DNA from: Candidatus Delongbacteria bacterium
GTDB taxonomy: Bacteria; UBA4055
Assembly (NCBI GenBank): GCA_016937995.1
Contig: JAFGVM010000020.1
Coordinates: forward strand, 1-33,668
Direction of reading: 5' to 3'
Length of the DNA stretch: 33,668 nt
Made by a program: the position numbers and the translations under genes
Notes under the pieces: model-generated
Databases searched by the model: none
Told to the model about the DNA's origin: nothing
What the model saw: the letters and a program-made list of their open reading frames with translations, nothing else
In this document: positions 19,301 to 27,996 of the stretch, piece after piece
Layout: each line of letters opens with the position of its first letter
Numbering within the stretch: the first letter of the stretch is position 1

Positions 19301-21072
19301 AAGGTGATAAGATACTTGAATCATTTATTGACAGGATATACGGTAGAGTTTTAGCAGAGGATGTCGTAGACTATAGTAAAAACTCAGACGGTGAAATAAT
19401 TTGTGCAGCAGGTACTTTAGTTACAAAAAAGATCGCTATAAAGATCATGGATCATGACGTTGAGAAAGTTAAAATAAGATCGGTTTTAACATGTGAAGCA
19501 AAAAAAGGTGTTTGTGCTAAATGTTACGGTCAAAACTTAACTAACCGTAAGCTTGTATCTGTTGGTGAGGCAGTTGGTATCATGGCAGCTCAATCTATTG
19601 GTGAACCTGGTACTCAGTTGACACTGAGAACATTCCATGTTGGTGGATCTGCTGATATTGCAACAATAAAATCTGATGTTGTTGCAAAATATGAAGGAAC
19701 AGTGGAACTTGAAAATGTTGAAACTGTCATTTACGATAAGAACCGAATCGTTATCAGGAGAAGCGGCAAATTAAGATTGATCGACAAATACGGTAAGGAA
19801 GTAATGAATGAAAGTATTCCATACTCCTCAAATTTACTTGTTAAAAATAAAGAGATAGTAAAAAAGAATCAGGTACTGTTCAAATGGGATCCATACAGTT
19901 ATGTCATTCTTTCTCATGTTAAGGGACAAATTAAATTTAAAGATGTTGTAGAAGGTATCACTTTCAAGACTTCTTTCGATGAAAAGGTAGGAAGAAAATA
20001 CAAAGTGATGATAGAGCCTAAGGAAAGAGCATTAAAACCTATGATCTATGTTGTTGATAAAGACGGTAATGAACTTGCAAAATATTTACCTCCTTCTGGT
20101 GGTGCTCTTCAGGTTGAAGACGGGCAAAAAGTAAAAGCCGGTCAATCTCTAATCAAGATGCAGAGAACTCATGGTAAAACAATGGATATTACTGGAGGTC
20201 TTCCAAGAGTGAGTGAGCTTTTCGAAGCAAGAACTCCTAAAAATCCTGCTATTCTATCTGAAATTGACGGTATTGTTAAGTACGGTGATTTTAAAGGTAC
20301 CTCTCAACAGATCATGGTTGAAGACCTTAACGGATCAGAAGTTAGAACATATGCTGTTCCAAGAGGTAAGCATATTCTTGTTCATGATGGAGACGTAATT
20401 TATGCAGGAGAAAAGATCACTGAAGGTTCAGTAAAACCACATGACATTCTTCAAATACTAGGAACTACTAAAGTTCAGCACTATCTTGTAAACCAGATCC
20501 AGGAAGTATATAGATCATCCGGTGTAAACCCTAATGACAAACATATCGAGATCATTGTTAGACAGATGCTTCAGAAAGTTCAGATCGTAAATCCGAATGA
20601 TACTTCATTCCTGGATGGTGATCAAGTAAGTAAATTCGTTCTGGCAAGAAAAAACAATGAGATCTATGATAAGGTAGTTATTGAGGATCCGGGAGATTCA
20701 GAATTTGAAGAAGGCGATATGTTCGTTACTTATGAACTTGAGAATGAGAATAAAAAGTTAAAAGAAGCAAAGAAGAAAGAGATAACTTACAGAGAAGCAC
20801 GTCCTGCTACTTATAAACCTTTGTTGCTCGGAATAACTCAGGCATCACTTCAGGTTGACAGTTTTATCTCAGCTGCATCTTTCCAGGAAACAACTAAAGT
20901 TTTAACTAATGCCGCTATAAGTTCTGCCACTGATTATCTTGAAGGACTTAAAGAGAATGTTATCATGGGTAATTTGTTGCCTTGTGGTACAGGATTAGCG
21001 AAGTATAATTATTTAAAAGTAAAAAGTATTGAAGAACCTGAGGAAGAAGTAATCGAAGAAGCTACAGAATAA
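16393..21072 (+). CDS. rpoC: RNA polymerase beta' subunit
   Basis: Zn finger CSC..CDKC, catalytic NADFDGD, EPGTQLTLRTFH; AGGAG RBS before ATG 16393. Confidence 0.99.
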   Translation: MPRLRQRDVLHKTYSKFSIKLLSSEQVLKDSKGEVTKPETVNYRTYKPEKDGLFCEKIFGPQKDWECSCGKYKGSRYKGVTCDKCGVEVNKRSVRRERIGHIKLAVPIVHIWFFRSLPSKIGNLLDYTVKVLEQIIYYEKYVVIKSGRIIEDYQNLIEKYSKSYLEKYHKFITELEKVFYLSIKDIAHNNKLGLITKEFTANFEDNEENQRLYEDLSAFIKETADVIEGYVAEKYREKDIRQRIYGTLFDDENFSEIISKFVDIDKDFLAVEEKDKKEVLCFDKLIKDLVNLRFMSIVKDIKYKALISESDYNDILEKTENYEDEYQDYEQFQAEIGAEAIRLLLSKTDVRRLSKEMRKEINNEKSEAVKYEILKKLSVVESFKNNMETNKPEYMVLDVVPVIPPELRPLVPLEGGRFATSDLNDLYRRVIIRNNRLKKMLDIKAPEVIVRNEKRMIQESVDSLFDNGRKNNVVRSDGKRALKSLSDSLKGKQGRFRSNLLGKRVDYSCRSVIVVGPKLNLNQCGLPKEMALELYKPYLIRKLIEYDPSVTTIKNAKKEIENGTDKVWELLEALVDAHPVLLNRAPTLHRLGIQAFQPTLVEGKAIQLHPLVCKAFNADFDGDQMAVHLPLSPEAKLEARLLMMASHNLLHPASGKPVAYPTQDMVLGIYYMTKTKAEKSKNPKVFSSVDEIEMALDFKTLDYHSNIKFLYKGELIDTTPGRVMFNEVLPKEMMDAKFYNELMISSNVERIIEEAIEEVGFSATSLFLDRLKDFGYYYATKSGISIGLNDFVISDEKDKMLAQAEKRVGLIKSSYEEGQITDTERYNKVVDEWTKATNRIENDMYENLRLDNDGFNPVFMMMDSKARGSRTQIKQICGIRGLMQKPQKKIEVSSDSVIENPIKTNFIDGLSVLDYFISTHGGRKGLADTALKTADAGYLTRKLVDVAHDVVITENDCETIMGIDITDLKEGDKILESFIDRIYGRVLAEDVVDYSKNSDGEIICAAGTLVTKKIAIKIMDHDVEKVKIRSVLTCEAKKGVCAKCYGQNLTNRKLVSVGEAVGIMAAQSIGEPGTQLTLRTFHVGGSADIATIKSDVVAKYEGTVELENVETVIYDKNRIVIRRSGKLRLIDKYGKEVMNESIPYSSNLLVKNKEIVKKNQVLFKWDPYSYVILSHVKGQIKFKDVVEGITFKTSFDEKVGRKYKVMIEPKERALKPMIYVVDKDGNELAKYLPPSGGALQVEDGQKVKAGQSLIKMQRTHGKTMDITGGLPRVSELFEARTPKNPAILSEIDGIVKYGDFKGTSQQIMVEDLNGSEVRTYAVPRGKHILVHDGDVIYAGEKITEGSVKPHDILQILGTTKVQHYLVNQIQEVYRSSGVNPNDKHIEIIVRQMLQKVQIVNPNDTSFLDGDQVSKFVLARKNNEIYDKVVIEDPGDSEFEEGDMFVTYELENENKKLKEAKKKEITYREARPATYKPLLLGITQASLQVDSFISAASFQETTKVLTNAAISSATDYLEGLKENVIMGNLLPCGTGLAKYNYLKVKSIEEPEEEVIEEATE

Positions 21073-21081
21073 GCCAGTTTT

Positions 21082-21116
21082 AAAAAAAAAGCCCCAAATA
21101 TTTGGGGCTTTTTTTT
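21082..21116. terminator. bidirectional intrinsic terminator between rpoC and ftsK
   Basis: A9-GCCCCAAA-TA-TTTGGGGC-T8. Confidence 0.9.
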
Positions 21117-23421
21117 ACTGATCATCCAACGTATTTTTCAGTACATCTCTTGATTTAGAACCCTGATGAGGTCCGATCACTCCATTTCTCTCAAGTTGAT
21201 CGATAAGTTTTCCTGCTCTGGCATATCCGACAGATAATCCTCTCTGCAACATTGAGACCGATGCCATTCCTGAATTTATGACCATTCTCTTTGCTTCTTC
21301 ATATTTGTCATCATCAGAACCGCCGTCCCCGTCACCGAAAATACCTTCCATCTGTGCAATCTGTGCTGCAGAAGGTTTTGCTTTTATTGATATTTTATCA
21401 AAATCACTAGGTTGATTTGCAATATGCTTAACGACTTTATTTGTCTCATTTGTTTCAACAAGTGCGTTCTGTATTCTAACGAGATCAGATTCTCCCGGTG
21501 GTACCAATAACATATCTCCTTTTCCAAGAAGTGATTCAGCACCTTTTGTGTCAAGGATCGTTCTAGAGTCTATCTGACTGATAACCCTAAAAGCTATTCT
21601 GGTAGGGAAATTTGCTTTAATTGCACCGGTAACAACTTTTACCGAAGGCCGTTGAGTTGCAAGAACCATATGGATCCCGATAGCTCTGGCCATTTGAGCT
21701 AAACGGCAAATTGGATCTTCTACAGCTTTACCGGAAGTCATCATCAAATCTCCGTATTCATCCATTATGCAAATTATATACGGCATTTTTTTGAATGGTG
21801 TGTTTCTGAACTCATTCATTTTTAATTCACCTGACTGGACCATATTATTGTATTCTTCCAGGTTCCTTGTTCCTGATTGTTGCAGTATTTCATATCTGTC
21901 CTCCATTTCCTGCACTAAAGCTTCTAATAATCTCACTGCATCTTCAGGGTTTGTAACAACAGGATCATCAATACCGTCTATTCTTAATAAATGATGTTGT
22001 AATAAGCTGGAATAAATTGATAGTTCAACCCTTTTTGGATCTATCATGCAGAACTGCACTTCCTCAGGCGTAGCTCTATAAAGAATTGATAAAATCAGCC
22101 CATTGATACACACTGACTTACCTGATCCGGTAGAACCTGCTATCAAAAGATGGGGTGTTTTGGCCAGATCAAGAACATAATTCTCTCCCGAAATAAGTTT
22201 TCCCAGGGCAATTGCAAGTTTCGACTTATGATTAATGAACTTTTCAGAATTTATTATTGATTTCAGATAAACAATTGATGGTTTTGAATTTGGGATTTCT
22301 ATACCAACAGTATTTTTACCTGGAATTGGAGCAACAATTCTGATACTTTTAGCTTTTAATGCCATGGCAAGATCTTTTTCCAGGGATGCAACACGAGCTA
22401 CTTTTACTCCGCTTGCAAGTTTTATTTCATACTGAGTAATAACCGGACCGGGGTTTATCTGTACTACTTCCGCATCCAAAGAGAATTCCTGCAGCTTATT
22501 GATAAGAATTGCTGCATTTTCTCTTAGTTTTTCTTCATTTTCTATGATATTGATATTTACTTTTGATTCATTAAGCAGGTCAATGCTAGGTGGTTCATAT
22601 TTATACTCTTTTACCTTTTTATTCTTAAAATCGACTTCTTTTTCTATGACTGCCTCTTCAATTTTAATGTTCTTTACTTTAGTATCATCGACCGGTTTTG
22701 ATTCGATATTATCATCAAGAGGATCTAAATTATCAGGAATTTCTGAAATAATGTTTATATCTTCCGTATATTCAAGATCATTACTTTCTAGAAAATCATC
22801 TTCAGATGGTTTCTGAATATCCACCTGTTTCTCTCTCATTTCTTTTTCAATTCTCTTTTTTATAAGATTTTTTCTAAAACTCTGATAACCGTTGATTATA
22901 AACAAATATGTTGATTTGAAAGGATAGACCAGTACTTTGAGCATCTTCATGATCCTGAAATCGAAAACATACATCAATAGGATCAAAGTAATACCAGCTA
23001 AAAATGTATAGCTTCCGATAAGACCGAACATTTTATTTAAAAATCTACTTGAATAAAATCCTGTACTACCCAGAAGATCGCCGTGATCACTGATCCTTTC
23101 TACAAAAAAATTATTGTTCTGTCCGAATTGATAAAGACCAATAATTGAAGATACTATTATTCCGAAAATCATGAATATCAAAAAAGATTTGATCTGTAAA
23201 AAGAATGATTTTTCTTTGAATATCAAAAAACCTTCAACAAATAAATAAATAGGAATTATATAGCTGATAACATTTCCAAAAGACATAGAATAAATGAATT
23301 GTACAACTTTTCCGAATTTCCCTGTAGAAGATGTTGATAATAATCCAATGAGGATCAAGGCACCAAAAGTAACGATAAATACACCTGATATCTCTGCTAT
23401 TTTTCTTCTGTTTAATTTCAT
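21115..23421 (-). CDS. ftsK: DNA translocase FtsK
   Basis: N-terminal TM helices, PHLLIAGSTGSGKS, IDPKRVEL, ATQRPSV, gamma domain SMLQRGLSVGYARAG. Confidence 0.97.
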   Translation of the reverse strand: MKLNRRKIAEISGVFIVTFGALILIGLLSTSSTGKFGKVVQFIYSMSFGNVISYIIPIYLFVEGFLIFKEKSFFLQIKSFLIFMIFGIIVSSIIGLYQFGQNNNFFVERISDHGDLLGSTGFYSSRFLNKMFGLIGSYTFLAGITLILLMYVFDFRIMKMLKVLVYPFKSTYLFIINGYQSFRKNLIKKRIEKEMREKQVDIQKPSEDDFLESNDLEYTEDINIISEIPDNLDPLDDNIESKPVDDTKVKNIKIEEAVIEKEVDFKNKKVKEYKYEPPSIDLLNESKVNINIIENEEKLRENAAILINKLQEFSLDAEVVQINPGPVITQYEIKLASGVKVARVASLEKDLAMALKAKSIRIVAPIPGKNTVGIEIPNSKPSIVYLKSIINSEKFINHKSKLAIALGKLISGENYVLDLAKTPHLLIAGSTGSGKSVCINGLILSILYRATPEEVQFCMIDPKRVELSIYSSLLQHHLLRIDGIDDPVVTNPEDAVRLLEALVQEMEDRYEILQQSGTRNLEEYNNMVQSGELKMNEFRNTPFKKMPYIICIMDEYGDLMMTSGKAVEDPICRLAQMARAIGIHMVLATQRPSVKVVTGAIKANFPTRIAFRVISQIDSRTILDTKGAESLLGKGDMLLVPPGESDLVRIQNALVETNETNKVVKHIANQPSDFDKISIKAKPSAAQIAQMEGIFGDGDGGSDDDKYEEAKRMVINSGMASVSMLQRGLSVGYARAGKLIDQLERNGVIGPHQGSKSRDVLKNTLDDQ

Positions 23422-23450
23422 TTCTTACCTTGGATTTTGGTTTATAATAT

Positions 23451-24242
23451 TTATGTGAAAGATACACTAACATAACCTACAACACTACTTTTATCACGAA
23501 TAATATCTCCTGAATTTCTATAATCGAGAATGTTGGGTATTAGATTATTTCTTCTGGAACTATCTACAGCAGCTTTTATCCCTATCATCCCGCATGCTTC
23601 TCCCGATGAGATCTTTTCAATGTCAAGTGCTGTTATTCCTGAGATCAGAACTGTATCTATTTTTCTGCATTTATCATACGAATGAAAATGGCTAAGGTCA
23701 GAAGATATAATGATCAGGGTTTCAGTATAATTGAGCAGTATGTGATCTATAATTTGTGATAATTCATCCGGATCATATTCTGAATATACACATGTTGATA
23801 CTTCAATTCCCGGGAAATAATGATAAATGAAAGGAAATTGAATTTCACCACTATGTTCTTCGGAATGAGCCTGTTCAATAAAAGGAAGGTCGAAAATACC
23901 GGATATCTGCTCTGAGAACTCTGAATCAATTTTCATATTTTTGCCATTTATCATGTAGCTGTCATATTTTGCACAGCTCATACCTTTAAAATATACCCTA
24001 TGGGAGGGAGCAAAAATTACGATACGGTCATATTTAAAGTTGGATGCCAGTTTGTAAGCGTAGGTGGCTGTTAGTCCCGAGAAGAATAATCCGGCATGAG
24101 GAATGATCAATATCTTAGGTCTTTTAGTTAACATTTCCTCTGGCAGTTCAATCTTGGAATCGAAAGAATCTATCATTCTAGAAACTTCTTTCGGGTCTTT
24201 TGGATAAAAGGAACCTTCAACTGCCGGTTTTCTTTCGTACAT
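23451..24242 (-). CDS. amrB: AmmeMemoRadiSam system protein B (MEMO1 family)
   Basis: RKPAVEGSFYP, PHAG, PSH, EHSGEIQFPF, SSDLSH, CG, NSGD, VVGY. Confidence 0.92.
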   Translation of the reverse strand: MYERKPAVEGSFYPKDPKEVSRMIDSFDSKIELPEEMLTKRPKILIIPHAGLFFSGLTATYAYKLASNFKYDRIVIFAPSHRVYFKGMSCAKYDSYMINGKNMKIDSEFSEQISGIFDLPFIEQAHSEEHSGEIQFPFIYHYFPGIEVSTCVYSEYDPDELSQIIDHILLNYTETLIIISSDLSHFHSYDKCRKIDTVLISGITALDIEKISSGEACGMIGIKAAVDSSRRNNLIPNILDYRNSGDIIRDKSSVVGYVSVSFT

Positions 24243-24390
24243 GGACTCACCTGGTGTAATGATACATACAATAAATTATAGTATAGATATTAAATTTTTT
24301 TAACGTAAAAAGCAATAAGTTAACTAAACATTTTTGCTGCAAGAGAATAAACGATCAAGGGGACCCTAGTAGCAATCATGATATTTGTTC

Positions 24391-24419
24391 TTGGATAAAT
24401 ATGTTAGAAAGACTATATT
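24391..24419 (+). promoter_or_regulatory. putative promoter of the M6 protease gene
   Basis: TTGGAT, 17 bp spacer, TATATT. Confidence 0.35.
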
Positions 24420-24446
24420 ATTTCTTGAATAAAGTATGGGAGTGAT

Positions 24447-27002
24447 ATGAAAGGACTAAATTTTGTTACATTATTTTTCGTAATAATTACACAGATATTC
24501 TCTGCGTATATAAGTGACATTTTTGTTGTATTGAAACAGGGGGATGGAACAGAAATAAATTGTTTTTCATCTGGGGATGAGTTCTTTAACAGACTGCATG
24601 ATGAAAATGACTATACTATTATCCAGGGAAGTGATGGATGGTATTACTACGGTATAAATTATAACGGGGATGTAATTCCGGGTGATGTCATCGTTGGAAG
24701 TATGGACCCTGAAGTTGCAGGAATAGAAAAAAGAGCAGTTATTTCCTCAGAAATTTATAAGAAAAGAGTAGAATATTATAGCAATTATCCAAAAAGAAAA
24801 GATGCTCCAACTACGGGAACTATAGAAAATGTTGTTATTTTCATCAGGTTCAATGATGAAAGAGAGGAGGAGGGTTTCGGGCAGCCAAGATCTTATTATG
24901 ATAATTATTTTAACACTCCTCAAGGACCGTCACTCAATCATTATTTCAGGGAAACATCTTACAATAAACTGACAGTCAATTCCACTTACTATCCCGTTAC
25001 TACTGACTATACTTATAATTTGTCATATCAGGATATTTATGACAGATCATATTTTCAACCTTATAATGCGACAACAAATCCTGATGGATATTCCACAGAT
25101 TCTGAATCGACAGAGAGAGAGCATTCGCTGCTCCAAAGAGCAGTCGCAGCTGTGGAAAGCGAAATTCCCGAACGGCTTGCAATTGATGGAGACCACGATG
25201 GTTATGTTGATAACGTGGTTTTTCTGATAAGTGGAATGCCAGGTGCCTGGGCATCATTGTTATGGCCTCACAGATGGGCTTTGTACACAAGAACCGTAGA
25301 GATACACGGAAAGAGAGTGTATGACTATAATTTTGATCTTACAGGAAGTTCAACTTATTTCCATACAGGAGTTATCTGTCATGAATTTTTTCATACTCTG
25401 GGAGCTCCTGACCTTTATCATTATTATGACGCTGCAGCTCCCGATGCTGTGGGTGCCTGGGATATCATGAATTCTACATCGAATCCACCACAGTATATGG
25501 GTGCCTTTATGAAATATAAATATGGTAACTGGATTGATGAAGTTCCCGTTATTTCAACTGCAGGAGAATATGCCTTAAATCCTTTATCACAGCAGGATAA
25601 CAATATATTCAGGATAAATTCTCCAAATTCCACGACTGAATATTTTATTTTAGAATACAGAAAACAGGAAGGATTGTACGAATCGAGCTTGCCGGGATCA
25701 GATGACGGAATTCTTATCTATAGAATTAACACAGCAGCGGGAAATGGTAATGCGAACGGTCCACCGGATGAAGTATATATTTACAGGCCAAACGGTACTG
25801 TTACAAATATCGGAATTATAAATTATGCCCAGTTCAGCGCAGGTTTGGGTAGAACTGAATTTAATTCCAACTCAAATCCAACCTGCTTCTTATACAGCGG
25901 TCTGGACGGTGGTATAAACATTTATAATATCGGATTAGCCGGAGAAACTATAACTTTCAGTTACGGAATGAATACTAATCCACCTGAACAAATGGTAGCA
26001 AGTATAGGTTATGATGGGATAGAACTTAACTGGATCTCTCCGGAAGTTGATGGTGAGCTTGTTCTGGATCACTTCATTATATACAGGAATGAAATTCAAA
26101 TTACCACAACGTCAGACTTAAATTACCTTGATGTTGACGTTATCCCAGGAAATACATATACCTACAAAGTAACTGCTTATTATACCGGGTCACAAACAGT
26201 AGAATCTCAACCGTCAAATACTCATACTGTAAATTATGATACTCCAAAATCATTACCTTTTGAAGAGGATTTTGTTGATTGGGCAGGATGGACCCAGTTT
26301 AATATCAATTGTACTCCAAGATGGGAAATTAAGAACACATCATATGCAGGAGGGACATCACCGGAATTATATACAACATTTTCTGAGATAGAAGCCAATC
26401 CGGCTACAGGAAGATATGTAACTCCACCGATCTCTACTACAGGAGTTGATACTTTAGAGGTTAGATTTAAGCATATGTATGATGCATTTGAACCTGGATT
26501 ATCGATCAGTTTGGAAATGAGTTCAAATATGTTCGACTGGTATCCTACAGGATTTTTTCATGACGCGGGAACCACAGATATTGGACCTGAAGAAATAGCA
26601 CTGCTCTTAACAGACTTCCCTGATCCTTTATTTCTGTCATGGACGTTGGATGGGAATCTTTATAATGTTGACGGATGGGCGGTTGATGATATCTATATAG
26701 CAGGAAATAATACAGGTATTGATGAACAATATTTACCTTTAACCTCTGAACTTGTTGGAAATTACCCTAATCCATTTAATCCGGTTACAGAAATTTCATT
26801 TAATATAAGCTCAGATTCGAATGTTAAAATAAGCATCTTCAATGAAAACGGATCACTTGTGGAGAATATTCTGAATTCTTATATTAACAAGGGCAGACAT
26901 TCAGTTAAATGGTATGCTTCAGAATATGCCACCGGATTATATTTCATCAGAATGGTGACAAATAACTATCGCGGAAGTTTAAAAACGATATTGATAAAAT
27001 AA
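24447..27002 (+). CDS. secreted M6-family metalloprotease with FN3-like and T9SS-type C-terminal domains
   Basis: Signal peptide, QxDG..GDEF propeptide, WPH, zinc motif HEFFHTLGAPDLY, WDIM, YTYKVTAYY, C-terminal NYPNPFNPVT. Confidence 0.9.
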   Translation: MKGLNFVTLFFVIITQIFSAYISDIFVVLKQGDGTEINCFSSGDEFFNRLHDENDYTIIQGSDGWYYYGINYNGDVIPGDVIVGSMDPEVAGIEKRAVISSEIYKKRVEYYSNYPKRKDAPTTGTIENVVIFIRFNDEREEEGFGQPRSYYDNYFNTPQGPSLNHYFRETSYNKLTVNSTYYPVTTDYTYNLSYQDIYDRSYFQPYNATTNPDGYSTDSESTEREHSLLQRAVAAVESEIPERLAIDGDHDGYVDNVVFLISGMPGAWASLLWPHRWALYTRTVEIHGKRVYDYNFDLTGSSTYFHTGVICHEFFHTLGAPDLYHYYDAAAPDAVGAWDIMNSTSNPPQYMGAFMKYKYGNWIDEVPVISTAGEYALNPLSQQDNNIFRINSPNSTTEYFILEYRKQEGLYESSLPGSDDGILIYRINTAAGNGNANGPPDEVYIYRPNGTVTNIGIINYAQFSAGLGRTEFNSNSNPTCFLYSGLDGGINIYNIGLAGETITFSYGMNTNPPEQMVASIGYDGIELNWISPEVDGELVLDHFIIYRNEIQITTTSDLNYLDVDVIPGNTYTYKVTAYYTGSQTVESQPSNTHTVNYDTPKSLPFEEDFVDWAGWTQFNINCTPRWEIKNTSYAGGTSPELYTTFSEIEANPATGRYVTPPISTTGVDTLEVRFKHMYDAFEPGLSISLEMSSNMFDWYPTGFFHDAGTTDIGPEEIALLLTDFPDPLFLSWTLDGNLYNVDGWAVDDIYIAGNNTGIDEQYLPLTSELVGNYPNPFNPVTEISFNISSDSNVKISIFNENGSLVENILNSYINKGRHSVKWYASEYATGLYFIRMVTNNYRGSLKTILIK

Positions 27003-27105
27003 AAGGATTCTCATGCGAAAAATTGTTAATATACTTTTAATTGGGAATTACACTAAGACTTACAAAGCACGGTTGTTTAAATAGACTTATTTGATTAGAT
27101 TTCAG

Positions 27106-27131
27106 GGGTGAGCTTTTGTTCACCCTTTTTC
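27106..27131 (+). terminator. intrinsic terminator
   Basis: GGGTGAGC-TTTT-GTTCACCC-TTTTT. Confidence 0.75.
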
Positions 27132-27152
27132 ATTTATAACCAGGAGTTTCAA

Positions 27153-27791
27153 ATGCAATTGAATTCATATCTTGAACACACTATTTTAAAGCAGGGATTA
27201 TCAAACGATGACATTAAAGATGCCGTAGAATTATGTTTGGAAAATAACATCCCTACTTTGGTGGTCCCTCCATCTTTTGTTAACATTGCTTCCGACATTA
27301 TTGCAATGGATCAGCTTTCTCTCTGTACCGTAATCGGTTTTCCTCTGGGTTATAATTCTATGAGCGTTAAGCTGTACGAGATACAGGATGCTATTTACAA
27401 CGGTGCGATTGAGATAGACCTTGTAATTGATAACAGTCTTGTGAAGAATGAGGAATGGAAAAAATTATATACAGAATTTGCAGCTTATAGAAAATATTGT
27501 GAGGGTAGGATCTTAAAGGTCATCATTGAAACTTCATTGCTTAACATCAGTGAAATAATAACATTGACCACTTTGCTTATTGAAAATAAGATCGATTTTG
27601 TAAAAACTTCTACTGGATTCGTTGGTGACGGTGCAAAATTAGAACATATTTCTCTTATAAAAGAGAGTTTTCAAGACCAGATCAGGATCAAAGCATCAGG
27701 AGGGATCAGAGATAAAGAAACTGCTGGAAAATTTATAGAGGCCGGTGCAGACAAGATCGGGACGTCTTCTACATTGCATATTTTAAGTTAG
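27153..27791 (+). CDS. deoC: deoxyribose-phosphate aldolase
   Basis: LEHTILK, TVIGFPLG, KVIIET, FVKTSTGF, IKASGGIR, IGTSS; AGGAG RBS before ATG 27153. Confidence 0.96.
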   Translation: MQLNSYLEHTILKQGLSNDDIKDAVELCLENNIPTLVVPPSFVNIASDIIAMDQLSLCTVIGFPLGYNSMSVKLYEIQDAIYNGAIEIDLVIDNSLVKNEEWKKLYTEFAAYRKYCEGRILKVIIETSLLNISEIITLTTLLIENKIDFVKTSTGFVGDGAKLEHISLIKESFQDQIRIKASGGIRDKETAGKFIEAGADKIGTSSTLHILS

Positions 27792-27819
27792 AAGTTAGAT
27801 TTCAGAAGTCAGAAGTAGG
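27785..27819 (+). repeat. degenerate heptamer tandem repeat (AAGTYAG) x5
   Basis: AAGTTAG AAGTTAG ATTTCAG AAGTCAG AAGTAGG. Confidence 0.65.
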
Positions 27820-27876
27820 GTCGAACCTATGTGTTCGACCTAATCGGATTTGGTAGAGACGCGATTCATCGCGTCT
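27815..27876 (+). repeat. two GTAG-type REP-like palindromes
   Basis: GTAG-GGTCGAAC-CTATGT-GTTCGACC and GTAG-AGACGCGA-TTCA-TCGCGTCT. Confidence 0.75.
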
Positions 27877-27996
27877 AAAAATCAATATATTAACACAATT
27901 TAAAATATTTTTGTGTTGCTATTTACTGATTTTATAGTTATTGTAATTATATCAAAAATAATTAGTGAATGATTTTTAAATATCGAGGAGAATGAT

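Noticed and set aside
19650..20185. Trigger-loop insertion in RpoC
   Set aside because: Corresponds to the well-known SI3/beta'i6 domain of many Gram-negative bacteria
9595..20398. Short antisense and alternate-frame ORFs within nusG, rpl and rpo genes
   Set aside because: Shadow ORFs of conserved genes with no recognisable motifs; the same applies to those inside pepD, ftsK, the M6 protease, TrmH and mazG
27003..27131. Purine or 2'-dG riboswitch upstream of deoC
   Set aside because: The purine aptamer core sequences are not present
27785..27880. CRISPR array
   Set aside because: The palindromes differ from each other, there is no repeat-spacer periodicity and no cas genes are present
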